From the NCBI GenBank assembly GCA_965248695.1, contig CBDFKD010000002.1:2624001-2688000 (forward strand): a DNA stretch of 64,000 nt. The letters run 5' to 3'. Under the pieces are notes generated by a model that worked only from the letters and a program-made list of their open reading frames with translations, was not told the DNA's origin and did no database searches. The DNA comes from Acidobacteriota bacterium (lineage in GTDB: Bacteria > Acidobacteriota > UBA890 > WLXD01). Below are positions 29,901 to 39,689 of the stretch, in pieces (positions within the stretch are counted from its first letter, which is position 1; the number at the start of each line of letters is the position of its first letter). The position numbers were made by a program, and so were the translations under genes.

Positions 29901-30889
29901 CCGGAGTACTCCTGCCACTCTTCGGTCAGCTCGAGATCGTTGAGCTCACCGGTGTAGACGATCAGTCGATGGCGGATCGACTCGCTCGACCCCTCGGCGA
30001 TGTGCCAATCGCCCTCGCGGGCGCGGACAGGGCCGACACCGAGCTGCCCGTCGACTCGAAAGGCCTGTGGAAAGCCCGCGTTCGTCGGATGGTCGAAGAT
30101 GGCGACGTGCGCCAGGTCGTCGCGCCCTTCGATCTGCATCCCGACATCCACCCACATCGCTCGCTGGCCCTCGGCCTGCGCGTTGCGTTGGCGCGCTGCG
30201 TTGACGGCGTCGCCGCGAATGCCCTCATGCCACGGCATGCGCAAGAACATGCCGCCATAATCGAACTCATTGATGGTGATGTCGGTGAGCGCCTCACCCA
30301 CCCAATCGAGATCGAGGACGTAGCGGTCTCCCGAGACACTCATCGTCCAGTTCTGGGTCTCGGTCATGATGGCGGCGCCGGCTGCGTCCAACATGTCGTA
30401 GACCGTCTGCCATTTGACTTCCTCTCCGGAAGCGACAACGACGGAGGCCGACTTCAGCCGCCAGTAGTCGGCTCCCGGATTGTGGAAGAAGTCACGCCCG
30501 ATGGCGGCCGCGATGTCTTCCGGCTTGTCGGGGTCGTAGAACCACTGCGTCAGCGTCTCCTCGGGAACGGACTCACCGTTCACCCTGGTGAACCCCCAGT
30601 ACAGACCCGTCTGGTGCGGGTGGTGCCCGGGGCTGTACTCGGTGACGTTGCCGTTCCCATCGGGGGCGACGATCGGATGCAAGAACGGTCGATGAGCCGG
30701 CCCGGCGTTCTGCGTCAGAATCGGGTCGTCACCATCGCCACGGAAGATGGCGATGGTTCCGGCCGCATCGTCCTGAGCGGCTCGCAGGAGCGTGACGTCC
30801 GTCGAGCCTTGCGAATCAGAATCCTCAGCGGCACAGCCGAACCCGACCACGACGAGAATTGATAGCGTGGCTGCAGCCGGAACTCTCAT
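26993..30889 (-). CDS. lipoprotein fusion of a DUF6807/PmoA-like domain, a PVC-type dehydrogenase propeller, HEAT repeats and a CxxCH cytochrome c
   Basis: Lipobox FGC; RPFLHP...HHPHQTGLYWG, YGGMFLR, FDHP.N; ASEP....P.A.AWD.RGR.W; WGPDGWLY; CAACH with GPELT. Confidence 0.87.
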   Translation of the reverse strand: MRVPAAATLSILVVVGFGCAAEDSDSQGSTDVTLLRAAQDDAAGTIAIFRGDGDDPILTQNAGPAHRPFLHPIVAPDGNGNVTEYSPGHHPHQTGLYWGFTRVNGESVPEETLTQWFYDPDKPEDIAAAIGRDFFHNPGADYWRLKSASVVVASGEEVKWQTVYDMLDAAGAAIMTETQNWTMSVSGDRYVLDLDWVGEALTDITINEFDYGGMFLRMPWHEGIRGDAVNAARQRNAQAEGQRAMWVDVGMQIEGRDDLAHVAIFDHPTNAGFPQAFRVDGQLGVGPVRAREGDWHIAEGSSESIRHRLIVYTGELNDLELTEEWQEYSGSYYTAALWDLAQEEGLKEKFLTATEAAESMTLLDGFQVNAWASEPMITQPMAFAWDDRGRMWIAENRDYETRATGFSNSGDSRILILEDTDRDGTADSRKVFAEGIAFPSALAVGFDGVFVGAPPNLLFLPDRDGDDRAEMDDLEVLLTGWGIRDRHETINSFHWGPDGWLYGLEGFATPSKIRKPNGDGRLYGHKEPFPEDLLEADGVDINGGVWRYHPTKRRFEVVGHGFSNPWGIDYDAKGQLFISACVIPHAFHVVPGGIYHRQGGQHFNPYVYGDIRTIVDHRHRSAHGGARVYLSDAFPEEHHGRLFMANIHEHAVLTDLLEPRGSSFVAQHGDEFLLANNAQWIGFSMEIGPAGDVYVLDWHDGDICGNSVLHKDTGRIFRVTPTNSLAEDWPGRYSDLKTMASSELVELQLSKSAWHARRARVILQGRAAKGELDASVHDRLGAIFASNPDPDLRLRAMWALHITGGSTADELTSALGDADPHIRAWAIQMLSEDYSPPAAAVATFARMAERDDSPVVRLYLAAALQRLEQTDRWQIAAPLMAHGEDADDHNIPKMIWFAIEPLVASNPARALELAKRSEIPMLVENIARRAVDAGELETLVTSLENRSDARPGLLKGMRAGLEGQFDVAAPANWEAVYAALREDREAADLALDVSQQFGGIEAAQRFMTTLKDNDAGADARRAALNGLAGQRRQELVAEIPRLLDEPELRIAAIRAVAAFDDRNLGSVLMKRYDTFDAAEKLAAVQTLSSRSSYGRRLMDALENETIPKRDVPAYAARQLHRVVGSGFLEVWGPITRASSEKTAAMARYATLLDDEAVAAADASRGRATFETLCAACHQMYGEGGLIGPELTGSNRTELDYLLTNIIDPSGDIQDDYKTVMVTTRDGRTYSGTVAAESERALTLRVVGEGAVVISQSDIQSRDVFPRSMMPEGLLDPFTDREVSDLVAYLMTAEQASAR

Positions 30890-30940
30890 GATTCGCGTGT
30901 CCCTGAGGTCTTGACGGCCCGGGTCGGGCCTATTTGATCG

Positions 30941-32425
30941 TCACGGCCCGGTCGGGCCGATCTTCCCCTCGGCTGCCCGGATGAGCATCTCCACGTCGTA
31001 GAGCTGTCCGGCCTTCATCACCAAATGACCGTTCCGGGTGGCGAGGATGTCGTCCAGGGGATTGCCACGCAGAACATAAAGGTCGGCGATCTTGCCCGCC
31101 TCGATCGTTCCGAGCCCATCACTGACACCCAGGGCGCTGGCCCCGTTTATCGTCGCGGCCTTCAGCACGGCATGCAGCGGGAGACCGACATACGCGAGGG
31201 CAAACAACTCGTTGTGGATGCTGAAGCCGCTCCAGCTGTCCGTCCCCGTGGTGATGAGATGCCCCCCACCCAACTCATACAGCCTCAGCAATGCCGGAGC
31301 CTTGTTGTGGAAGACGGTCGTGTACCCAGCGGTGCCGTTGATCCGGTCCCACTCCCGCTCTTGCTCGGTGAGCTGGGAGTCGGCGCCATCCCGGGACCCC
31401 CTGCCTGATCGCAGGCTCCGCACATAGGGCGTCAGGAATCGGTCCGTATCGACTTCGGCCGCCTCGCCGGAGTCGACTTCGGCTTCGATTACAGCCTGGC
31501 CGTACAGCCAGTTCGTACCGTCGAAGTAGACATTGTGATCGACGAAGAGACGTAGCCGTTCCTCGAACTCCGATGTCCCGGGCGCCATTTGCCCGGCCAG
31601 AATCGGCTGCTGGTTGAAGAATGAGTGCTCGACGCGATCGATGCCCATGAGAATCGCGTCACGCACACTGACGTCGGTGCCGCGACCGGCGTAGTTGTGC
31701 AGGTGTGCGGTCACGGTAATCCCATGCCGGTGGGCCTGATCGATGATGACGCGAAGCTCGCGCGGGCTCGCCTGTTTGGCCTTGATACCCCTGATCCCAC
31801 GTAGCGCCCATTCGTCGACACGATCACGGATCTGCTGGTCCGTCATGTCAGCGGGCCAGTGCGCACAGCTGTCTTCTTGGGTTCGAATCTCTGGGCACTG
31901 ATTGCGGGCGTTGCCGAAATACGGTCCCGAGTTGAAGATCCGGGCCCCGATCTGCTCGCCGGATTCGATCCGGCGGCGAGCCTCCATCATGCCTTCAGGA
32001 TCGAGCTCGCCAGCGGGGAACGTTGATGTCACGCCGTTCGCCAAATGCAGCATGGGAACCCATCTGGTTTCCTCCAGGTCGCCCGTGCCGAATCCGACCC
32101 GGTGGTGGGCATGAAGATCGAACATGCCCGGCATGATCGTCTCGTCATCGTCCAGATCAATGACGAGCGCGCCCTGGACCTCGTAGCTGTCGAGGCCACC
32201 GTCGACGTCGAGGAACTTCCCGCCCCGGATGAGGATCCCCTGGTTCTGCACGCGGGTGTCAGCGACGCCGTCGAACAACCACCCGCCACGAATCACCACC
32301 CCCTGACCCGGCCGTGTCAGAAGCCCCGTGTCGGCAGCGGCTTGTCCCCGAAGCTCGCCCCCGCCCAGGATCACCGGAAGTCCGATGAGTACGAGTGCGA
32401 ACGATGTGATCGTCGGAGCTCGCAT
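30941..32425 (-). CDS. secreted amidohydrolase
   Basis: MPGMFDLHAH, NGVTS, VTAH, IDRVEH, GTD, GTIEAGKIADL.VL.GNPL. Confidence 0.87.
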   Translation of the reverse strand: MRAPTITSFALVLIGLPVILGGGELRGQAAADTGLLTRPGQGVVIRGGWLFDGVADTRVQNQGILIRGGKFLDVDGGLDSYEVQGALVIDLDDDETIMPGMFDLHAHHRVGFGTGDLEETRWVPMLHLANGVTSTFPAGELDPEGMMEARRRIESGEQIGARIFNSGPYFGNARNQCPEIRTQEDSCAHWPADMTDQQIRDRVDEWALRGIRGIKAKQASPRELRVIIDQAHRHGITVTAHLHNYAGRGTDVSVRDAILMGIDRVEHSFFNQQPILAGQMAPGTSEFEERLRLFVDHNVYFDGTNWLYGQAVIEAEVDSGEAAEVDTDRFLTPYVRSLRSGRGSRDGADSQLTEQEREWDRINGTAGYTTVFHNKAPALLRLYELGGGHLITTGTDSWSGFSIHNELFALAYVGLPLHAVLKAATINGASALGVSDGLGTIEAGKIADLYVLRGNPLDDILATRNGHLVMKAGQLYDVEMLIRAAEGKIGPTGP

Positions 32426-32426
32426 C

Positions 32427-34439
32427 TCAGCGCCCCTCGACGCCCGCAGGCGCGATTGGCAACACGACATGGGATGGATGCTCGGCCGAGTGGTGAATGC
32501 GATTCAGCGCCACTATTCCCTCCGATTCGTCGTAGTTGTTGCCCCCGGTGTTCAGGTTGCGCTCGAAGTGCGGGAAGTTGCTGCTGGAGATCTCGAGTCG
32601 GATCCGGTGTCCGGCGGCAAACCGGTTGCTGGTGGCCAGCGGTCCGACGTGCAGCTCGTAGACCTCACCTTCGGTCATCAGGACCGTCTGGTCATAGCCT
32701 TCGCGGTAGCGCGCTCGCTGGATACTGTCGACCAGGTTGTACGCCGTGCCGTCGGGGTAGACATCGATGAGCTTGGCAGTGAAGTCAGTGTCGCGCGCAT
32801 CCGACGACACGTAGAGCACCACGTCTACGAAACCGGTCACCTCGACGCTCTCCTCGAGCGGCGGCGTCGTGTAGACCAGGACGTCGTTGCGAGTCTCGAG
32901 CGCCCGTTGGTCGAACGCCCCCGGCTGGAGCAGTTCGCCGGTACAGCAGACGGAGCCGCCGACCGATGGCGTGGGGTTGGCGGGATCGTAGAGGTACTCG
33001 TCGACGGGCTCCTCGCCGGTCGGCCGATCGATCGACAACCGGCCGTCCTCGAAGCCGCGGCTCGCCTCCCCGTCGCTGTGCAAGTAGTAGGTCTGCCGAT
33101 GCGTGCCGGCACGGGGAAACTCGTCGCTCGACACCCACTCGTCGCCGCCCATCACGTAGGCCTGTACGCGCGGGCGCTCGGTGACACTGTTGTCGACACC
33201 CTTCAGCCAGTAATCGAACCAGTCAACGAAGAGGGAGTCATAGTCGAAGCTCGCGTCGCCGACGTCGCGCTCGCCGACGATCGTGTGCTCGGTCTCGCGG
33301 CCGAAGGCACAGTGCTCCACCGGGCTGATGAGCATGTACTGGTTCTCGCCCGCCGCGTCGGTCCAGCCGTTGTCGCGCGCGTGGTTGTAGAGCGCGATGT
33401 TCGGAGCAACCCCGACGTCGTACCAGGAGAACATCCAGAGCATCGGTGTGCCGAAGCGGTCTCCATCGCCGCCGAAGTCGGTCTCCTTCCAGCGCGGATC
33501 GCCGGGGGTGCGCTGGACGAAGTCGTCGAAGTCGGTGACGGGCGCGTCGACGCGACGGAGAATGTCCTTGATGGGAAGCCACGACAACAGCTCGCCGATG
33601 TCCGCCGGGGGCGGCAATCGCGAATCCAGTGGAAAGGCCCGGGCAAGGCGGGTTCGTTCGGCCTGTGAAATATCGGCGGGGAACTCCGGGCGCAGCTTCT
33701 GACCGTTGGTCCAGTACCACATCGGCCATAACAGCTGAACGGCACCGCCGCGGTAGAAGTGTCCCTGCTCGTGGTAGGGGCCGGCGACCCCGATTCCTGC
33801 GCCCGGCGCCTGCGCGATCGCGGCGGCAAACGCAGGGTGGTTCATCGCTGACAGACCCAGCTGATGCTCGGCGCTCGACGAGCAGCCGATGGCCCCGACC
33901 TTGCCGTTGGACCAGGGCTGGCTCGAGATCCAGTCGACGGTGTCGTAGCCGTCGTGGCGTGCACCGGCCAGGAACTTCTGCGTGCCCTCCGACCAGAACG
34001 TGCCACGCTCATTCTGGAAGATGACGGCGTAACCACGCTCGAGAAACGGGCGCAGTAGCCGGGCGGTCGATTCTGATGTTTGTCGCCAGGCGATGCTGTA
34101 GGGCGTGCGCCAGAGGATCGTCGGCAGCTCGCTGGCCCGTTTCTTAGGGAACAGGGTCGTCGTGTCGAGCCCGACGCCGTCGCGCATGCGCACCAGTCGG
34201 TTGGCATCGACCCGCTCCAGCACGTCGGCGAACAAGGGCCAGTCCTCGACCTGCACGGCGCCGTGTAGGGCTCCGGGTGGCACGAGGCCAGGTCGGCCGG
34301 AGATCGACGTCGCGGATACAGCTGGCGACGGCGATCCGAGGGTCGAAAGGGCGCCCATGCCGACGATCCCTACGATACAGATTCCCCGACGCCGCCAACC
34401 GACGCGTGCGGCCGACTCCAAGGGGTCTCGACGCTTCAT
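32427..34439 (-). CDS. secreted CocE/NonD family hydrolase
   Basis: MRDGVGL, RTPY, DGYDTVDWI..QPWSNGKVG..GCSS, YDPANPTP, DTDFTAKL, SSSNFP. Confidence 0.92.
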   Translation of the reverse strand: MKRRDPLESAARVGWRRRGICIVGIVGMGALSTLGSPSPAVSATSISGRPGLVPPGALHGAVQVEDWPLFADVLERVDANRLVRMRDGVGLDTTTLFPKKRASELPTILWRTPYSIAWRQTSESTARLLRPFLERGYAVIFQNERGTFWSEGTQKFLAGARHDGYDTVDWISSQPWSNGKVGAIGCSSSAEHQLGLSAMNHPAFAAAIAQAPGAGIGVAGPYHEQGHFYRGGAVQLLWPMWYWTNGQKLRPEFPADISQAERTRLARAFPLDSRLPPPADIGELLSWLPIKDILRRVDAPVTDFDDFVQRTPGDPRWKETDFGGDGDRFGTPMLWMFSWYDVGVAPNIALYNHARDNGWTDAAGENQYMLISPVEHCAFGRETEHTIVGERDVGDASFDYDSLFVDWFDYWLKGVDNSVTERPRVQAYVMGGDEWVSSDEFPRAGTHRQTYYLHSDGEASRGFEDGRLSIDRPTGEEPVDEYLYDPANPTPSVGGSVCCTGELLQPGAFDQRALETRNDVLVYTTPPLEESVEVTGFVDVVLYVSSDARDTDFTAKLIDVYPDGTAYNLVDSIQRARYREGYDQTVLMTEGEVYELHVGPLATSNRFAAGHRIRLEISSSNFPHFERNLNTGGNNYDESEGIVALNRIHHSAEHPSHVVLPIAPAGVEGR

Positions 34440-34521
34440 CGGATGCTCCCTTCCATCGCGCTACCAAAGAGGGGTGGGTTAGCGCGGGAAGGGTATCGTC
34501 AGATGGGGATAGATCCAACGA

Positions 34522-37275
34522 CTACCAGTTGAACGAGTGTGTCACCTTCAGCGTCAACGAACGGTCGTGGCGCCCGAAGTGTAGGCCGTCGTAGTCACCC
34601 GCCTGACGGTAGACGAGATAAATGTCGTCGCCGACGCGATAGATGTAGCGCAGCCGCGCGAAGATCGATAGCGAGTCCGACTGACTGTTGTACTGAACCA
34701 AAGCGTCGGTGAGCAACCGGTCAGAAAAGCTGTAGTTGGCGTTGGCGTTGAGCACGTTGGTCGTGAAGCTGCCCCCGGGCAGCTCGATCCGGTTGTAGCT
34801 GAAGCTCGGTGAGATGCGGAACCGCTCGTTGAGCCTGAACGATACGCGCGGCTCGATGGTGACGACGTCGCCGTCGTAGAGCTCGCCGATGCGTGCACTG
34901 AGGCTGGCGCTGATCGGGCGGCCGCCATACGTGGACAGGAATAAGAACACGTAGCGGAAGTCGTAATCCCCGGGCGGGATGGTCACGTCTGGATGGATCT
35001 GGAAGGGCAGGTCCAGTCGATCGAAGTTATCGACGAAGAAGGCACCGAGGCTGTCCCCAGACTCGAGGTTGATGACCGACGCCACCCACCGTCGCGCGCT
35101 GATCAACGTGCCGGATGTGTCGTGGAAGGTCGTGTCGGCAACGTTGAAGTTCACCGACCGGAGCCATGGAACGCTCGGTCGAGGGGTCCACGAGCCCCGG
35201 TAGGCTCGACGAATGATGTCCTCCCGAAGAACGAATCCCAGATCGCTTCGGAAGCCGGGGTCGATGCGCATGACGTCGAAGCTGGCGTTCCACAGGTCGC
35301 TTTGCCACGCGACCCTGATCTGGCCCGCGAGCTTACCTTCGTCGAGCTCGTCGTCCGTGGCACGCGCGCCGAACGCCGAGATGTTGAGGTTGTCGAAGAA
35401 GGTGAAGCTGGCGTCGGCTCCGACGACCGTGTTGATGGCGCCGTCGGGCCTCTGGACATTGGTCACCAAGGCTCCGACGCTGGAACGGGCCAGCACGTCC
35501 TGTCGCCAGCGGAACGCGCTGTAGCTCTGTCCGCCGCCGACCGTCGGGTCGCCGGTCTGCACGTGCAACAAGCCCAGGTTGCCGGCGCCGACCTTGCCGG
35601 TCACCCGACCGCCGAAGTCGATCGGAATCGGCGCGCCGTCATCCGATAGCCCGATGTTGCGCGAGTGGAAGAGACGGATGATGGGCGGGTCGGAACTGTC
35701 GAAGCGGTCGCGCTGAAGCTGGCCGAAGCTGAAATTGTTGGCCCCCTCGAGGAAGAAGTCGCGCTTTTCCGGAAAGAACAGCGAGAAGCGTGTCAGGTTG
35801 ACGCGCTGCTGGTCGAGCTCGACCTGGGCGAAATCGGTCTTGTAGGTGAGATCGGCCGTGAGGTTCGAGGTCAATTTCACCTTCAGCACGTCGATGCCGA
35901 GCTGGTTGGTGACGTCGGATTGCCGTCCGGGGTCCTCGAACACCGACGTGGCGCCGCCCAGGAAATACGGCTTGAGGCGGAAGCGCTGCGTGACCGAGAG
36001 GTCCTCGAATCCGCGCAGGTCACCGGCCTGCGAAACGGCGATGAACTCATAGTCGCGTCGGTAATTGCTCCATATCACCTGTTCGTTCTTGCGCCGGATC
36101 TGGCGTTCGAAATCGACTCCCCAGTCGGCAACGCCGGAGGAGAACCTCAGGATCGATAGCGGGATCACGAGCTCGGCCTCCCAGCCGCGCGCGGTGATCT
36201 GTCCAGCCGCCTGCCACGCCTCGTCCCAGTCGTTGTTGAGCTCGCTCTCGTTCCGGATCAGCGCGTCGTGCCGGGTGCCCAGAGCGTTGACCGTGAACTG
36301 AAAGGCGCTGCGGCCGTCGTGGAAGGTGTCGAACAGGACAGTGAAGGTGTCGTCGGACCCTCCTCTCCCCCCGCCGCTGCGCCCACCGAGAGCGTCGCGT
36401 CGCAACTCGGCCGCGAGGATGGAGCTCGGAGCGCTGTCGTAGGCGATGACGCCGACGTAGACGTTCTCGTCGTCGTAGAGAATGCGCACCTCGGTGCGCT
36501 CGGATGCTGGCTGTCCCTCGTTGGGCTCGCGCTGAAGAAAGTCGCTGGCAACGTCGGCGCCGACCCAGATGGCCTCGTTCACCAGCCCGTCGAGCACCGG
36601 TACTTCCGACGCGCGCCCGACCACCATGCTCGGCGCGACGCCCGGGGCTCGTATGGTGCGCGGCGCTGCCGGCGCCCCGGTCGTAGGGGCGGCACCAAGC
36701 GTTCCTGGCGGCGGGCTGGCGGTTCCAAACCTCTCCGGCGGCGCCACCAAGGAGGGCTGGCCGGAGGCCGGCGGAGCGGTGATCAGCGGGCCGCTCAGGT
36801 CGTCTCTAAAGGCGGCACCCGCAGCGCCAACGCCGGCAACGCTGCCAGCGTCGGTCGGCGTGACCGGCACGACGATGATCTGAACACGCCCCGGGGAACC
36901 AGGTCTCGAAGGTGTCACCATGCGCACGGGGATGACACGCCGCGCCGGCGGCGAGGGCATCGGCAGCCTCTGCTGCAACGGTGGAAGTTCGCTCGGCGCT
37001 TGATCGTTGACGGGCATGTTCGTATCAGGCCGGTCGCTCACCATGCGCACCGGGATGGAGCGGCGCGAGCGCGGTGGCCGGTCGGTGCGTCGTTCCTGCT
37101 CCCGCGTTCCCTGGCTCTGGCTCGCGGACTCAGTAGGGACGCTGCCCGTGGGTGTAGGCTCCGCCGCTGAGGGTGGGGCGATCGCCAGCACGAGCGACGC
37201 GCACACGAGCAGTGGACGGGCGCACGCGCGCACGGCGAGGCCGTTGTCCGAGACTGGAGAGACCAGTGACAGCAT
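34522..37275 (-). CDS. outer-membrane CBM9-like / DUF5916 protein with Pro-rich N-terminal extension
   Basis: PVLDG...E..W, FDTFHD, DFAQVE.D...VNLTRFSLFFPEKRDFFLEG; beta-barrel-like C-terminus ending FNW. Confidence 0.85.
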   Translation of the reverse strand: MLSLVSPVSDNGLAVRACARPLLVCASLVLAIAPPSAAEPTPTGSVPTESASQSQGTREQERRTDRPPRSRRSIPVRMVSDRPDTNMPVNDQAPSELPPLQQRLPMPSPPARRVIPVRMVTPSRPGSPGRVQIIVVPVTPTDAGSVAGVGAAGAAFRDDLSGPLITAPPASGQPSLVAPPERFGTASPPPGTLGAAPTTGAPAAPRTIRAPGVAPSMVVGRASEVPVLDGLVNEAIWVGADVASDFLQREPNEGQPASERTEVRILYDDENVYVGVIAYDSAPSSILAAELRRDALGGRSGGGRGGSDDTFTVLFDTFHDGRSAFQFTVNALGTRHDALIRNESELNNDWDEAWQAAGQITARGWEAELVIPLSILRFSSGVADWGVDFERQIRRKNEQVIWSNYRRDYEFIAVSQAGDLRGFEDLSVTQRFRLKPYFLGGATSVFEDPGRQSDVTNQLGIDVLKVKLTSNLTADLTYKTDFAQVELDQQRVNLTRFSLFFPEKRDFFLEGANNFSFGQLQRDRFDSSDPPIIRLFHSRNIGLSDDGAPIPIDFGGRVTGKVGAGNLGLLHVQTGDPTVGGGQSYSAFRWRQDVLARSSVGALVTNVQRPDGAINTVVGADASFTFFDNLNISAFGARATDDELDEGKLAGQIRVAWQSDLWNASFDVMRIDPGFRSDLGFVLREDIIRRAYRGSWTPRPSVPWLRSVNFNVADTTFHDTSGTLISARRWVASVINLESGDSLGAFFVDNFDRLDLPFQIHPDVTIPPGDYDFRYVFLFLSTYGGRPISASLSARIGELYDGDVVTIEPRVSFRLNERFRISPSFSYNRIELPGGSFTTNVLNANANYSFSDRLLTDALVQYNSQSDSLSIFARLRYIYRVGDDIYLVYRQAGDYDGLHFGRHDRSLTLKVTHSFNW

Positions 37276-37431
37276 TGCTCCTTACGTTACTGCTTGGGGG
37301 CTCGCGAACTCGACCGCTGGTTTCGAGCCGGAGAGCACTACGGGTCGCGCGTGGCCGGAGCTCGGCAACGGCGTCCTGACGTGCTGGGGGATGACCGGGG
37401 CGGGGCCCCGGTCTGCGTCACCCGGTCGCCG

Positions 37432-39644
37432 TCAGCCGCTCTCTGTCACCCGGAGGGGTAACAAGCGGACCGCCTGTTGTTGCGCTGCCACATCGACGAT
37501 CTTCAGCTCGACCAGGTACTGACCCGGGTCCAGCCGCGGCAACGGCAGAGTGCCCCCGTGGACTCCCGGATATACGGGCGGCAGGGCGGTTGGCGAACCT
37601 TCTAGGATGGGCGCGTCGGTCCCCTCGCGACGAACCGTGAGCACGAGCTGCGGGCTCGCCGCGCCACTGACCTGCACGCTCGTGGCGAGCTGCAGGCCGG
37701 CACGGGCCGCCGAGGTCAGCAGGGGCCGGAGCATCCTGGTCTCGGGATCCACGGCGACGAGCATGGGATCGGCCATGAGCCAGCCATCCTGGCTCGACGG
37801 CACCTCGACCTGCAGCCTCGCGGTGCCGATGCGATCCCCCCCTTCCTCGCTGACGAGCATGCGCACGTCATAGACGCCCGGGTCCACCTGTATTTCCTTC
37901 ACGTAGTTGGAGAATCGTGCGGGGTTCGCTGTGGACTGCGTTCCCCCCGCGACCTCAGGCGACACCGTCGTATGGAACTCGCCGCCCAGCCCTCCGGCGC
38001 TACTGAAGGCGACGGCGTGCACCTGGAAGCGCGAGATACCGAGTCGCTGAATCGCCTGTTCGTCCATCCCCGCTTGGGCGTTGACAGCCCCGAAGGCGGG
38101 CGCCCAGCTGCCGAGAACCGTTTCCTCCTGTCCCGGCAACCCGATGACCAGGTAGATGCTCGAAGAGCCGTCTGGGGTGAATCGATGCAGCGCCTGTGCC
38201 GGCAGAGGTCGTCCCGCCACGAGCCCCGGGAACGACAGTGCGGCCGTGACCTCGCGCTTGATCCGTACCGCAGCAGGCAGCTCCCGGTATCCCGGGCGCG
38301 CACGCACTTCGGCGCCAGGAACGTCGACCCGGACCTGGATCTCGTGCAGCTCGCCTTCCTCGCGAGGCGCTGACGGCTCGTAGGAGATCATGTAGAACTG
38401 CGCCGAGTCGACGTACTGCTCTTGGAAAGCGCGGTCGAGATCGGACCAGCCGATAAACGATCGGCCTCCCGTTCTCGCCGCCACCTCCGCCAGTGGACCC
38501 GTCAGCTCGGCGTACGCCGGGCGCACGTTTCGACGCAGCGCCCTGGCCAGCTGGTTGTCTCCGACCGCTGCCCGGGTGCCCAGCGAGCCGAGCGACCCGG
38601 TCGGTCGGGGGTCGACGATGTAGATGCTGACGTTGCCGCTGTTGGCGGCCTCGATCAGGTTGGTCATCACATCGATAACCCTCTGGTCGGGCGCTGACCA
38701 GGTGAGGTTCGAGCCACCCATATCCGCGGCCACGGCCTCTCGCACTGCCTCGGCGAAAGCGCCGAAGGGTCCGCTTTCGGTCACCATGGCGCCCGACGAG
38801 ATCCACACCAGGGCTGTCCGGCCCTCCATGAGCGCAAGAGCATGGGTGAGCTCGGTGAGCTGACGCAACGTGTACCCGACGCGCTGTCGCACTAGCTCGC
38901 CATCAGCCCTCGCCTTTGTTTCCACATTCCGAACGTAGTCGCGAATTTTGTTCGCCGAGCCCCCGGCGCCATTCAGTACATCGAGGGCGCCCTTCATCGC
39001 GGGGGCATACTCGCGGACCATGCGATCGAAGATCGAGTCGCTCGACGGCCCGGCGTCGATCACCAGGCGAAAAGCGTCCCGCAGTGCTTCTCGATTCGTA
39101 GTCAACGGTGCCAGCTGGCGCAGCGCGCCCCCGTCGCCGAGCATGAACACGCTGTGCGGAATTGCCAGATCGCCCTCCCCGTCGAACCGAGCGCTGAGCG
39201 CCTCCGATAGCTGTGGGTGATCCGACTGATCGAGGCTCGGCTGATCGACGAAGTAGACGATCGCCCCGAGGGTGGCGGCGCTGCGCATCTCGGCAGCCGG
39301 CACACTCGAGCCACGGGAGCCGACACTCGTGACCTGTCCACTCTCCAAGTTGACCAGCTGAACTGCGGCAATCTCCTGCACGACACCGTCTTCCTGCAGG
39401 CGGAAATCCTCCCCGCTGTGAGGTTGTCGATGAAGTTCCCGTCGCCGTCGACGACCAAAGTGTCGACGCGGACTCGGTTGACGGCGGAGCGGAACGTCGG
39501 GGCTTGCCCCGACTGCGTCGGCTCCCGCAGCAGCGGCTGCCGGGCCTCAGCGTGCGCGCCAACGACGGCGACGCTCGACAGGCCGAGGCACGCCGCCGTC
39601 AGCGCGAGCACTTTGCAACGCGTAGAAATCGAGTCTCTATCCAT
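37432..39644 (-). pseudogene. acidobacterial VWA-domain protein, frameshifted at about 39412 (or a sequencing error)
   Basis: PTFRSAVNRVRVDTLVVDGDGNFIDNLTA continues as EDFRLQEDGVVQEI in another frame across a G4 run; later GRTALVWISSG, TGGR and ARPGY. Confidence 0.8.
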
Positions 39645-39689
39645 GACCGAAGAGTACTCTGCGAGCGACTCATGACACAGTGCTCCGCG

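Noticed and set aside
26993-30889. Methane monooxygenase from the PmoA-like label
   Set aside because: The domain is a soluble DUF6807-type module, not the membrane pMMO subunit, and no pmoB or pmoC is present.
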